Of a stretch of 57,555 nt of DNA, positions 19,728-28,855 are shown piece after piece. Location of the stretch: the NCBI GenBank assembly GCA_040905565.1, contig JBBDRF010000009.1, forward strand, positions 1 through 57,555, written 5' to 3'. Position numbers and translations under genes: made by a program. Numbering within the stretch: the stretch's first letter is position 1; each line of letters begins with the position of its first letter. The stretch comes from Phycisphaeraceae bacterium (GTDB lineage Bacteria > Planctomycetota > Phycisphaerae > Phycisphaerales > Zrk34). The notes under the pieces were generated by a model that saw only the letters and a program-made list of their open reading frames with translations, searched no databases and was not told where the DNA came from.

Positions 19728-19729
19728 AC

Positions 19730-20020
19730 GGTGACACATCTAGCAGGAAGGTGACAAAAGGTGACACAACAAAAAAGCGGTGTGTCACCCCTCAAGAACC
19801 TACAAGTCAAGGATTTACGACAACGGTGACAAAGGTGACACATTTTTACTCTATCTGGCCATGCGCACGCGTGTGTGCGCACACACGCGTGCGGGGGAGG
19901 AAAGTTACGGAAAACCGTGTCACCCATGTCACCTGCAGGCGCAATGATCATGCAAGGCACTGACATCAATAAGGTTATGCCGGTGACACAACCATTGGCG
20001 ACTGTGTCACCACCATCACC
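19730..20020. repeat. Putative replication origin: GGTGACA iterons around a perfect 30-bp palindrome
   Basis: GGTGACA forward at 19730, 19750, 19760, 19825, 19834, 19982 and reverse near 19783, 19918, 19927, 20004. Palindrome at 19864-19893. AT-richer than flanks and directly after the primase. Confidence 0.8.
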
Positions 20021-20038
20021 GAAAAATGGAGGTAAGTA

Positions 20039-20656
20039 ATGAACTGCATGCTACTTGGAAATGATGATGCGTGGGTGACAGAATCCACGCGAGCAGGTCT
20101 TCACGCAGACGACGACCTGGCCGCCTTCCTCGATGCGTGCTGCATCGTTCAGGAGCACGCGCGTGTCGGGAAGACCGAGCTGTACGCCAACTACGAACGG
20201 TGGTGCCGGGAGTCAGGTCGGCCTGCGGCGAGCAAAAAGAAACTTGGTCAGCAGCTCATGGAGCGCGGATTCCAGGACGGGCGCACCGAGCGGCAGCGTT
20301 ACTGGATCGGTCTGAAGTTGGCGGGATCCGACGAAAACGATGGCCAGCTGGAAGCCGCCAGGAAGCTTCTCGCGTGCCTGCGGCGAAACGACGCCTTGGC
20401 GGAGATTCGATTGGAGATGTCGCTCAGGCTGAATAACCGCGGCACGCGGAAACGCCTGCTATCCATCGCCGCCAGCCGGTCGTTCATGAAGGCCTGGGAG
20501 AGCAGCGTGCAAGCGGCGATTGCACCGATCATCCGGGCCGCCTGGCAGGCATGGCAACGGCAGCGAGGGACAGAGCGTGAACGCTTGCGACGGCTTCGAC
20601 AGATCGTTCACACCGTCGATCAGCTTCGCGACTACTTCCCGGCGGAGATGGTGTGA
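20039..20656 (+). CDS. Protein carrying a duplicate of the primase C-terminal winged-helix domain
   Basis: GGAGG RBS; 52 of 69 residues identical (hand count) to the primase C-terminus. Confidence 0.8.
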   Translation: MNCMLLGNDDAWVTESTRAGLHADDDLAAFLDACCIVQEHARVGKTELYANYERWCRESGRPAASKKKLGQQLMERGFQDGRTERQRYWIGLKLAGSDENDGQLEAARKLLACLRRNDALAEIRLEMSLRLNNRGTRKRLLSIAASRSFMKAWESSVQAAIAPIIRAAWQAWQRQRGTERERLRRLRQIVHTVDQLRDYFPAEMV

Positions 20657-21084
20657 TGACAGACGCCAGCCATCGCCACCAGCAGGTTGAACCTTACGCG
20701 CGGTGCCAGGCAGATGAGCCGGACAGGCCTGTCTACAAGCCCACCGATGACTTCCTCGAATTCAAGCGTTCGGTGCGGCTGGCCGCGATCGACGTGATGA
20801 TCCTGGCGTTCGCGACGCGGCATCATGCTCAGTGGCTCAACCGGATCGGCGTCTGCCCACCCGACATTGCCGAGCTGATTGCCAAGGACCTCGACGCCGT
20901 TCGATCAATCCTGCCCGCTTCGCCAGAGTCGCCCGACGTTGGCCCGAGTGCCCAAGCGGCCGCAGCCGGGGAGCGTCGTAAGACCTCGCCACGCAACGCG
21001 ACACGGCGGAACGTGGGCCAACGTCGGCAAGCCGACATGCCTCTGTTCAGTGCCAATCTTCAGGAGCAGCACGACGGCCGCTGA
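20653..21084 (+). CDS. Hypothetical protein
   Basis: GTGA-coupled ORF with GGAG RBS. Confidence 0.55.
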   Translation: MMTDASHRHQQVEPYARCQADEPDRPVYKPTDDFLEFKRSVRLAAIDVMILAFATRHHAQWLNRIGVCPPDIAELIAKDLDAVRSILPASPESPDVGPSAQAAAAGERRKTSPRNATRRNVGQRRQADMPLFSANLQEQHDGR

Positions 21085-21149
21085 GCGTTTTCATGAATAG
21101 AGACCTCGAATGCCGGCCCGTCCGCCGCGCCGCTAACACAAGGCCATTT

Positions 21150-21210
21150 AGGTACTTGGCGGGCCCCCTAGCAGCGGAACCCGCGACGGGAACAACCGCC
21201 GCGCAGGTTT
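21150..21210 (+). other. Possible cos-type packaging site
   Basis: AGGTACT resembles lambda cosQ (GGGTCCT) and is followed by a GC-rich segment, in the gap before the ParB-methylase/terminase block. Confidence 0.3.
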
Positions 21211-21336
21211 GATTCGTTCGCAGATGAAAAACGAATCCAACCTGTTGCTGTGCTTCACGTTGCAGCGCCGGCCCGGGCACGGAATCGCGAGACAAACCGC
21301 GACGGACCATTCACCCTCAACATGGAGAAACTTCCA

Positions 21337-22692
21337 ATGAAGATCGAAATGCTCAACATCGACAGTATCCAGCCGTATGAACAGAACCCGCGTGACAACA
21401 GCGCGGCCGTGGACCCGGTCGCCGACTCTATTCGCGAGTTCGGTTTCAAGGTTCCGGTGATCGTCGATGGCGAAGGCATCCTCATCGCCGGCCACACGCG
21501 GGTTCTGGCGGCGAAGAAGCTGGGCATGAAAAAGGTGCCGGCCATCCGCGCCGACGACCTGAGCGCTGAGCAGGTGCGGGCATTCCGCCTGGCCGACAAC
21601 AAGCTGCACGAGCTGTCGAGTTGGGACATGCAACTTCTGCCGATCGAGCTGACCGCTCTGCGCGACGATGGTTTTGACCTGGGGCTCATTGGCTTTGACG
21701 AGCAGGAACTGGCGAATCTGCTCAGTGGCGATGTGAAAGATGGGCTGACCGATCCCGACGAGGTGCCCGAACCGCCGGATGATCCGATTTCACAGCCGGG
21801 CGATCTGTGGATCCTCGGCAATCACCGCCTGCTCTGCGGCGACAGCGGCAGCGTGGCCGATCTGGATCGGCTGCTCGACGGGCAGAAGGTTCATCTGGTC
21901 AATACCGACCCGCCGTATGGAGTGAAGGTGGAGCCACGCTCGAACAACGCCATCGCGGCGGGCAACAGCTCGTTCAAGGGCACGGGGAAAAATCAGACGC
22001 ATCATCAGCAACTGGATCTTTCCCGCCACCCGGAGAAGGCCAAGGGCACGCACAAGCAGATGCGTCCCAAGGACCGCCCGCTGGTCAACGACTTCGTCAG
22101 CGACGAGGAGTTCGAGCGTCTGCTCGACGCATGGTTCGGCAACATCGCCCGTGTGCTGGAGCCGGGACGGGCGGCGTACATCTGGGGCGGGTACGCCAAC
22201 TGCGCCAACTACCCGCCGGTGCTCAAAAAGCACAAGCTGTATTTCAGCCAAGCGATCATCTGGCACAAGATGCATCCCGTGTTGACAAGAAAAGATTTTA
22301 TGGGGGATCACGAATGGTGCTTCTACTGCTGGCGTGAAGGCAGCGCTCACCAGTTCTACGGGCCGAACAACGCCACGGACGTCTGGCAGGTCAAGAAGAT
22401 CAACCCGCAGTCGATGGAGCACTTGACGGCCAAGCCCGCGGAACTGGCGGTGCGTGCCATGCAGTATTCCACCGTGGCCGGTGAAAACGTACTCGACCTC
22501 TTTGGCGGATCGGGCTCGACGCTCATCGGCGCCGAGCAGACGGGGCGCAAAGCCTACCTCATAGAAATCGACCCAGCGTATACGGATCTGATCGTCGATC
22601 GCTATCAACGCTTCACCGGCCAGCTGGCGGTGCTGGAGCGCACGGGCGAATCGCCGATCCCCATGAAGCCGCGTGAGGAGTCCATGCGATGA
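21337..22692 (+). CDS. ParB-N domain fused to an N6-A/N4-C DNA methyltransferase
   Basis: PY..NPR..SI.EFGF..P..AGH.R..ADN ParB motifs; TDPPY catalytic motif; LDLFGGSGST SAM-binding motif. Confidence 0.92.
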   Translation: MKIEMLNIDSIQPYEQNPRDNSAAVDPVADSIREFGFKVPVIVDGEGILIAGHTRVLAAKKLGMKKVPAIRADDLSAEQVRAFRLADNKLHELSSWDMQLLPIELTALRDDGFDLGLIGFDEQELANLLSGDVKDGLTDPDEVPEPPDDPISQPGDLWILGNHRLLCGDSGSVADLDRLLDGQKVHLVNTDPPYGVKVEPRSNNAIAAGNSSFKGTGKNQTHHQQLDLSRHPEKAKGTHKQMRPKDRPLVNDFVSDEEFERLLDAWFGNIARVLEPGRAAYIWGGYANCANYPPVLKKHKLYFSQAIIWHKMHPVLTRKDFMGDHEWCFYCWREGSAHQFYGPNNATDVWQVKKINPQSMEHLTAKPAELAVRAMQYSTVAGENVLDLFGGSGSTLIGAEQTGRKAYLIEIDPAYTDLIVDRYQRFTGQLAVLERTGESPIPMKPREESMR

Positions 22693-23150
22693 GGCAAGTG
22701 AGCGATCCGCGGGGATCGGTGACCGAGTATGGCTATCGACGATTTCGGACCCACGGTCGGCAGCAGCGGTTCGAGCACGTGCTGGTGTGGGAGGCGCATC
22801 ACGGCCCGGTGCCGCCGGACATGGAGATCCACCATCGCAACGGAGACAAGCTGGATAACCGTATCGAGAACCTGAAGCTGGTCACCCGCCTGGAACACAA
22901 GCGCATTCACAGTGGCTGTGTGCGTGTGAACGGCGGGTGGTTGAAGCGCTGCCGACGCTGCCGGTGGTATCGCCCGATCGTTGATGAGTTCTACGTCTAC
23001 CCGGGCCGCAACGGCGTGATGGGCATCTGCCGGCGATGCGCCTCGGTCATGGCGGTGGTGAACAAGAAGCGTCGTCGCCAGCGGGCAGCCGGACACTCGC
23101 CGCAGAAAACCCCGGGCGATGCCGGGGCTTCGGAGGGATTAACGGCATGA
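22689..23150 (+). CDS. HNH endonuclease with C-terminal Zn finger
   Basis: EH..VWE..HG.VP....IHH.NG.K.DN..ENL......H; two CxxC motifs. Confidence 0.85.
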   Translation: MRQVSDPRGSVTEYGYRRFRTHGRQQRFEHVLVWEAHHGPVPPDMEIHHRNGDKLDNRIENLKLVTRLEHKRIHSGCVRVNGGWLKRCRRCRWYRPIVDEFYVYPGRNGVMGICRRCASVMAVVNKKRRRQRAAGHSPQKTPGDAGASEGLTA

Positions 23151-23152
23151 GG

Positions 23153-23536
23153 TCACCTATCACGAAAATCAGGCGCCTGACCGCCGATCAGGGCGTGGAA
23201 CTCAGTCATGGCGTGCTCGAAGAACGCGGTTTTGTAGCCGTCATCGACGTAGCGGCGCCGACCTTCGGTGCTGAGCATGCCGCGCTCGTCAAGCAGGTCG
23301 ATCGCCACGGTGGCCTGGGTGTAGGGAATGTCGAGCAACTCGGCGATCCCGAAGACGGTGAAGCTTTCGTCGGCGTGATCATCAAGGTGGGCGACGATCC
23401 GCTCGAAGGCCTGCTGCGTGCAGCGGTGAAGGTAGTGGCGACCGTCGGCGAGCGTGACGGCGCGTTCGAGCGCGCCGCCACGGGTGCCGCGGAATTCGAT
23501 CCTGCGATTCTCGGTGGTGCGGCGGCGAAGGTTCAT
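23153..23536 (-). CDS. Hypothetical protein with winged-helix-like C-terminus
   Basis: Last of four co-oriented reverse genes; FT...IAE.L.IP.TQ pattern. Confidence 0.6.
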   Translation of the reverse strand: MNLRRRTTENRRIEFRGTRGGALERAVTLADGRHYLHRCTQQAFERIVAHLDDHADESFTVFGIAELLDIPYTQATVAIDLLDERGMLSTEGRRRYVDDGYKTAFFEHAMTEFHALIGGQAPDFRDR

Positions 23537-23539
23537 CGC

Positions 23540-24088
23540 TTACGCTCCCTTCGCCAGTTCGAAGTGGCCGCGATCGACCTTGCGGAAGCGGGCGGCGTCG
23601 CCTTTCTTGTTCATCTCTCTGAGGATCGCGGAGTAAAGCGTCGCCGATGGTGTCGGCGCGTCGGTGCTCCACAGCTTCTTTTCGAAGATGGCCTTGATCA
23701 TCGCCTTGGTGTTCATCGGCTCGTCGGCTTCGGCGAGCACCATCGCAGCGGCGTCGAGGCAGGAGAGGCGTTTGGGTTTCGCGTCCTGCTTCGCATCATC
23801 CGCGGACTCGGTCATGGCCCGTTCGCTGGCGGTCATGCCGTCGGGCGAGGCGGCGCGTTCGTCACGCAGGCGGGCGTTTTCCTGATCGGCGGCTGCCTTC
23901 GCCTTGAGGTTCTCCTTCGCGGGCAGCAGGCGCTTGGCGTCCTTGATGCGGGTCTGCTTGCCGCTTTTGAGGTTGATGGCGACCCAGCCGCCGCTGTCGT
24001 AATCCTGAGCGTCGATGCGCACGTCGGTGGTGTTCTTACCGACCTTGAGGCGATAGACGCCGCCGATTTCGATGTCGCTTTTCTTCAT
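23540..24088 (-). CDS. HARE-type winged-helix protein
   Basis: LS.LDAA..VL....EPM....MI........W....TP.ATLY..I.RE; AGGAG RBS. Confidence 0.78.
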   Translation of the reverse strand: MKKSDIEIGGVYRLKVGKNTTDVRIDAQDYDSGGWVAINLKSGKQTRIKDAKRLLPAKENLKAKAAADQENARLRDERAASPDGMTASERAMTESADDAKQDAKPKRLSCLDAAAMVLAEADEPMNTKAMIKAIFEKKLWSTDAPTPSATLYSAILREMNKKGDAARFRKVDRGHFELAKGA

Positions 24089-24139
24089 GATGATGCTCCT
24101 TTGCATGGGTTAAATGATGGTGGAACGACGCCGGGCGCT

Positions 24140-24361
24140 TCAGATGCCCAGTTCGTTGCAGATGGTTTCGTATTCGTGCTGGTCGAGCGCCTGGATGAGC
24201 TGCGATGCGAACCACGCGCACTCGCGTTCGGCACGTTGTCCCGTTTCACCGCCCGCGTAGACGGGCTGGAGCTTGGCGGCGATAAGCGCGACGGCTTCGG
24301 GGGAGAGGTTCGCTGTGATCGCGTCGATGAGGGCGTCGGTATTGGGATCAGGTTTGGCCAT
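24140..24361 (-). CDS. Hypothetical protein
   Basis: AGGAG RBS; part of the reverse cassette. Confidence 0.6.
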   Translation of the reverse strand: MAKPDPNTDALIDAITANLSPEAVALIAAKLQPVYAGGETGQRAERECAWFASQLIQALDQHEYETICNELGI

Positions 24362-24394
24362 GGCAGGCTCCTGCGCAGGTGGTGGGCGTGTTCG

Positions 24395-24652
24395 TCAATC
24401 GACGAACTGCTTGAGGACGAGGAAGTACGCGTGGATGGCTGTCTCGTCGCCTTTGTGGCCGCCGAGGTGGAACTGCAGGCATTCGGCCATCGACCAGAGG
24501 TCGTCGCGGCTGTCGGCCTGCACGTGGTGGTCGCGGCCGTTGGGCTGTTCGGGCGTGAGGATCTGCACGTGGATCTGGTCGCTGTCGCGCTTGCGGCTGA
24601 GGATCGCGTAGTGGCCCGGCCGGCCTTCGATATCAATTCGCGTGATGCGCAT
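24395..24652 (-). CDS. Hypothetical protein
   Basis: GGAG RBS before MRITRIDIEG; first gene of the reverse cassette. Confidence 0.6.
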   Translation of the reverse strand: MRITRIDIEGRPGHYAILSRKRDSDQIHVQILTPEQPNGRDHHVQADSRDDLWSMAECLQFHLGGHKGDETAIHAYFLVLKQFVD

Positions 24653-24758
24653 GGTTCTGGCTCCGTCGCATGGGTTCGTCGCGTTCAGGACACATGTAGC
24701 CATGGACTCTCGCATAAGGCAAGCCATTTGCTAGCAATGAGTTGAGGTTTATTTAGCA

Positions 24759-24983
24759 GTGGGCAATGACAGGCAAAATTCGGTCCAGAACGGCGGCGCG
24801 GCACCGCTGAACCCCATGGCGATGCAGGTCAGCGACGCAGCCCGCCTGCTGGGCGTACCGGAGATGACCGTGCGGCAGCATGTGCAGGCCGGCGCTCCTA
24901 CAGCGGCGGACGGCACGATGAATCTGGTGCACTACGCGGCGTGGTTGAACGTCGAGCTCAAGCGGAGGATGGATGGCGATTGA
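24759..24983 (+). CDS. Small HTH protein, terminase-small-subunit (Nu1)-like
   Basis: DAARLLGV...TV......GAP pattern; overlaps the terminase start. Confidence 0.65.
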   Translation: MGNDRQNSVQNGGAAPLNPMAMQVSDAARLLGVPEMTVRQHVQAGAPTAADGTMNLVHYAAWLNVELKRRMDGD

Positions 24984-27306
24984 CCCGGCCCAACTCAGCC
25001 CGACGCAGCTGGTGCGGCTGCTGAACTCGACGCCGCTGGGACCGGTGATCAACGCTGCGGCGCTGCATCGGCAGCGGAACGAGGCAGGGCTGCGCATCGC
25101 ATCGGATGGTGACGGCAAACGCATTCACCTGGTGAAGTACGTCAAGTGGCTGGTGCGTGAACTGGAGAAGCCCCCGCCGGCTCCCTCTGATTACACCGAT
25201 CGCCTGCGACGCGATCTGCAGCGCAAGCTGGAGGCCTCCCGCCAGGGGCGCGACATCGGTCCCGTTCCCGACGTGGTCGATATGCAGCGGCGGCAACGAT
25301 GCGAGGGTTCGTTCCGCGACTTCTGCGAGATTTACTTCCCCGCGGCCTTCAGTCTGCCGTGGTCGCAGGACCACCTGCGCATCATCGAGAAGATCGAGCG
25401 GGCGGTGCTCGAGGGTGGGTTGTTTGCGTTCGCCATGCCGCGCGGCAGCGGGAAGACCACGCTCTGCCAGGCGGCGGGCATGTGGGCGATCCTGTGCGGC
25501 TACCGCGAATACATCTGTCTGATCGGCTCGGCGGAGGACCAGGCGAAGACGATGCTGGAGAGCATCAAGCGGGAGATGCTCGGGAATCCGCTGCTGCTGG
25601 AGGATTTTCCCGAGACGATCTTCCCGATCCGCAAGCTGGAGAACAACGCGCGTAAGCAGGCGGGCCAGCTCTGCGATGGCGAGCCGACGTACATCACGTG
25701 GGCGGCGGATAAGCTGGTGATGCCGACGATGGGCGCCCAGCAGCTTCCGATGGCGCTGCAGCGACGTGAACTGGCAAGCAGCCCGTCGTCCGGGTCGATC
25801 ATCACCGTCGCCGGCCTCGATTCCAACATCCGCGGGCAGCATCACACCAAGATGGACGGGACCGTCGTGCGGCCGTCGCTGGTAATCCTTGACGATCCGC
25901 AGACACGCCAGAGTGCGGCCTCGACCACGCAGACGCGGCATCGGCTCTCGATTCTCAATGGCGATGTGCTGGGCATGGCCGGGCCGAACGTGAAGATGGC
26001 GGGGTTTATGACGTGCACCAAGATCCACCACGACGACCTGGCCGACCAAATCCTCGACCGTCAGAAGAATCCTGAATGGCAGGGTGAGTGCACGAAGCTT
26101 GTGTACTCATTCCCCACCGACGAAAAACGCTGGGATCGTTACGCCCAATTGCGTGCCGAGGGTTTGCGTGAAGGCGATGGCGGCAAGCGGGCCACCGAAC
26201 TCTACCGACGCGATCGGGAGCAGATGGATGACGGCGCCGTTGTCGCCTGGCCGGAGCGGTACAACGCGGATGAACTCAGCGCGCTCCAGCACGCGATGAA
26301 TCTGAAGCTGCGGGATGAGGATGCCTTCTTCGCTGAATATCAGAACGAACCCGCCACGGCTCAGCTCGATGAGGATGTGCTGACGCCCGATGAGGTGGCG
26401 GAGCGTGTCAGCGGCCGGCCTCGCATCGAGGTGCCCAAGCCCGCGACGAGCGTCACGGCATTCATCGACGTTCAGGAGAAGATGCTCTTTTACACCGTGT
26501 GTGCGTGGGAGAGCGATTTCACCGGCCACGTAATCGATTACGGCACGCTGCCGGATCAGAAGCGGCGGTACTTCACGCTTCGCGACACGACAAAGACGCT
26601 CGCGGCGACCTACAGCGGTGGCGGCATCGAAGGTGCGATCCAAGCAGGCCTCGAGGAACTCGTCGGGCGGCTGCTCGATCGGCAGTGGGAGGTGATGGGC
26701 GACGGCGGGGTGATGCGCATCGAGCGGTTGCTGATCGACGCTGGCTACCTGCCCGGAATCGTCGCGAACGTCTGTCACAAGCTCGGTGCCGTGGCGATGC
26801 CGAGCAAGGGCGTGGGGATCCGGGCGGGCAACAAGCCGATGAGCGCCTACCGCCGCAAGCCCGGCGAACGGCATGGCCATCACTGGTATGTCCCCAACGT
26901 CAGCCGCACGGCAGAACTTCGGCACGTCATGATCGATACGAACTACTGGAAGTCGTTCGTTCATGCGCGGTTTGCGACGGCTCCCGGTGACCGCGGCGCT
27001 CTCACGCTTTTCGGCCGGTCACCCGCGGAGCACCGCCTGTTCGCCGATCACATCGCCGCCAGCGAGACGTGGACGCGCACGGAAGGCCATGGGCGGCTGG
27101 TGCAGGAATGGTCGATCCGCCCGAGCAAACCCGACAACCACTGGCTCGACTGCCTGGTTGGCGCGGCCGTGGCCGCGTCGATGTGCGGCGTGCGGTTTGG
27201 GGTAGAGCCTGCCGAGGCGGAAACACAGCGGCCCATCCGGCTTTCGGCGTTGAAGCAGCAAAGAAATTTCCGGGCAAAACAATCCGAAGGTAGTATTCGA
27301 CCATGA
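24973..27306 (+). CDS. Terminase large subunit (GpA-like nuclease C-terminus)
   Basis: AMPRGSGKTT Walker A, ILDDPQT Walker B, AFIDVQ, LIDAG, DNHWLDC. Confidence 0.9.
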   Translation: MAIDPAQLSPTQLVRLLNSTPLGPVINAAALHRQRNEAGLRIASDGDGKRIHLVKYVKWLVRELEKPPPAPSDYTDRLRRDLQRKLEASRQGRDIGPVPDVVDMQRRQRCEGSFRDFCEIYFPAAFSLPWSQDHLRIIEKIERAVLEGGLFAFAMPRGSGKTTLCQAAGMWAILCGYREYICLIGSAEDQAKTMLESIKREMLGNPLLLEDFPETIFPIRKLENNARKQAGQLCDGEPTYITWAADKLVMPTMGAQQLPMALQRRELASSPSSGSIITVAGLDSNIRGQHHTKMDGTVVRPSLVILDDPQTRQSAASTTQTRHRLSILNGDVLGMAGPNVKMAGFMTCTKIHHDDLADQILDRQKNPEWQGECTKLVYSFPTDEKRWDRYAQLRAEGLREGDGGKRATELYRRDREQMDDGAVVAWPERYNADELSALQHAMNLKLRDEDAFFAEYQNEPATAQLDEDVLTPDEVAERVSGRPRIEVPKPATSVTAFIDVQEKMLFYTVCAWESDFTGHVIDYGTLPDQKRRYFTLRDTTKTLAATYSGGGIEGAIQAGLEELVGRLLDRQWEVMGDGGVMRIERLLIDAGYLPGIVANVCHKLGAVAMPSKGVGIRAGNKPMSAYRRKPGERHGHHWYVPNVSRTAELRHVMIDTNYWKSFVHARFATAPGDRGALTLFGRSPAEHRLFADHIAASETWTRTEGHGRLVQEWSIRPSKPDNHWLDCLVGAAVAASMCGVRFGVEPAEAETQRPIRLSALKQQRNFRAKQSEGSIRP

Positions 27307-28178
27307 TGTTTAAGCCGAAGAACCTGCGTCGCACGCTACTCAACCTCCAATTCGACATGGCGACGGCCCGTGGGATCGAAGGGCTGCTGATGCTGTGGGA
27401 TGTGATGTTCTTATCGCATCCCATCGTCGACAATGAGATCGGTAGCGACCCGCCCATCGCACGCGACGAATGGGAACGGCTCTACGCCGACCAATCCGCA
27501 TTTGATCAGGCAATGCCTGTCCCGCCGGAGCGAATAGAAAAGATCAACGCCCAAGTAAGGATGGCGGACAGCTTCTCCCCGCTGGCCAAAGCCGCAGAGT
27601 TCGCTCCGGACAGCGACCTTCAACAGACTCCGTTCGCGCTATTTTTTCGCCGGGTGCTGGGCCCCTACATCGCTTGGCATGTGACGGAGCCGTGGGCCGA
27701 CTTTCGCGCCGCCTGCGCCGGGGACGATAAGGCGTTGTGTCGTTTGATAGAGATCGACCCGTCCGTTCAGCGCATGAGTTCCATCCAGCAGGCGTGGGCT
27801 TCACAGCTGAAGGCGGACCGCAATCTTCGCGAACGCGTGCGCGATGCAGCGAAGCGGAAGCTCCGTGACAAAGTGGCCGGCGTGGAGTCCCGTGAGATCT
27901 TTGAGGACGCCACCCGCAAGCGCATCAAGCTGAGACTCGCCGCCGAACTGCAGCGTTGGATCGAGCGTCGGTTCCTCGAACATCCTGAGATCGCACCAAA
28001 AAGGATTCGGCGACAGAAGAGGAAACCCAACGAAAGTCAATTACGTCAAATCTTCAATGCTTATGCCGAAGACACGCGAGGTACCCCCAAAGACGCGGAT
28101 CTGCCGGAAAGTGACGGGACCTTCCGAAAGGACATCGCCAACTATCGCAATCGGCTTGAGAAGGCCCTCCACCACTGA
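27303..28178 (+). CDS. Hypothetical protein (moron between terminase and head genes)
   Basis: 291-aa ORF, ATGA-coupled to terminase; no motif recognised. Confidence 0.65.
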   Translation: MMFKPKNLRRTLLNLQFDMATARGIEGLLMLWDVMFLSHPIVDNEIGSDPPIARDEWERLYADQSAFDQAMPVPPERIEKINAQVRMADSFSPLAKAAEFAPDSDLQQTPFALFFRRVLGPYIAWHVTEPWADFRAACAGDDKALCRLIEIDPSVQRMSSIQQAWASQLKADRNLRERVRDAAKRKLRDKVAGVESREIFEDATRKRIKLRLAAELQRWIERRFLEHPEIAPKRIRRQKRKPNESQLRQIFNAYAEDTRGTPKDADLPESDGTFRKDIANYRNRLEKALHH

Positions 28179-28303
28179 TAGCGGCCCGAACAGAAATTTG
28201 TTCCGACTGGGCTCTCTGCACGTTGCCATAATTCGACGGTGTCGATCGGATGTCCGATCGACGATCCCTCCAAGTTGGGCTCACGCCCAGAAAGGACACT
28301 GTC

Positions 28304-28450
28304 ATGGCGAAGAAATACCCATCCAGCAAGGACGCGGCTCGCATCCAGAGCACTCAGAAAAAGGCCGGACAACCCACCGGCAAAAAGAGCTTTCCTGCCC
28401 GCGTTCAAGGGGCGGCGGACAAGGGCTCCAAGGGAGGTGGGAAACGGTGA
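28304..28450 (+). CDS. 48-aa basic hydrophilic peptide, SMP/LEA-like
   Basis: AAGGA RBS; DAARIQS......KSF.AR.Q.AADK pattern. Confidence 0.6.
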   Translation: MAKKYPSSKDAARIQSTQKKAGQPTGKKSFPARVQGAADKGSKGGGKR

Positions 28451-28538
28451 TCAGCGGCTGACTCGAACCGATCGCCAACTGGCACTGTTTGTTACCCATT
28501 GCTTTGCGCACTTAACGTTTTGTTAAGGGAGATTCCAA

Positions 28539-28694
28539 ATGCCTACGCAGGACAACGACAACCATTCCGATCAACTGAACCCGACCAGCGATGCATACTG
28601 GCAGTCACGTGGATGGGAAGATCGCCCGGAAGATTGGGAAGATCGCATCAAAACAGGCGACACGTTGCTGCCAGATGCGACGAAGGATGAATAA
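28539..28694 (+). CDS. 51-aa acidic peptide not in the ORF track
   Basis: AAGGGAG RBS; MPTQDNDNHSDQLNPTSDAYWQSRGWEDRPEDWEDRIKTGDTLLPDATKDE. Confidence 0.65.
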   Translation: MPTQDNDNHSDQLNPTSDAYWQSRGWEDRPEDWEDRIKTGDTLLPDATKDE

Positions 28695-28750
28695 TCGCCG
28701 ATAGGCTTTAGCCGTTCACGGCTGGCCTGACACCAACAACTTTGTTTCTC

Positions 28751-28783
28751 AAGGCCATGCGGGCAATGCTCGCATGGCCTTTT
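28751..28783 (+). terminator. Intrinsic terminator before the head-operon promoter
   Basis: AAGGCCATGCGGGC-aat-GCTCGCATGGCCTT hairpin running into Ts. Confidence 0.7.
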
Positions 28784-28811
28784 GTATTGCGTGGCAGCTT
28801 GGCTCTACAGG

Positions 28812-28841
28812 CGGACACCCCCGCCTCCTGCGGCATACATA
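28812..28841 (+). promoter_or_regulatory. Putative phage-sigma promoter, copy 2 (tRNA/head operon)
   Basis: CGGACACC-N11-CGGCATACATA, 14 nt upstream of the tRNA. Confidence 0.65.
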
Positions 28842-28855
28842 CCCGGTAGCCACCA

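Noticed and set aside
23036..24745. 569-aa plus-strand ORF
   Set aside because: Antisense shadow of four minus-strand genes that have RBSs and, in one case, a recognisable domain.
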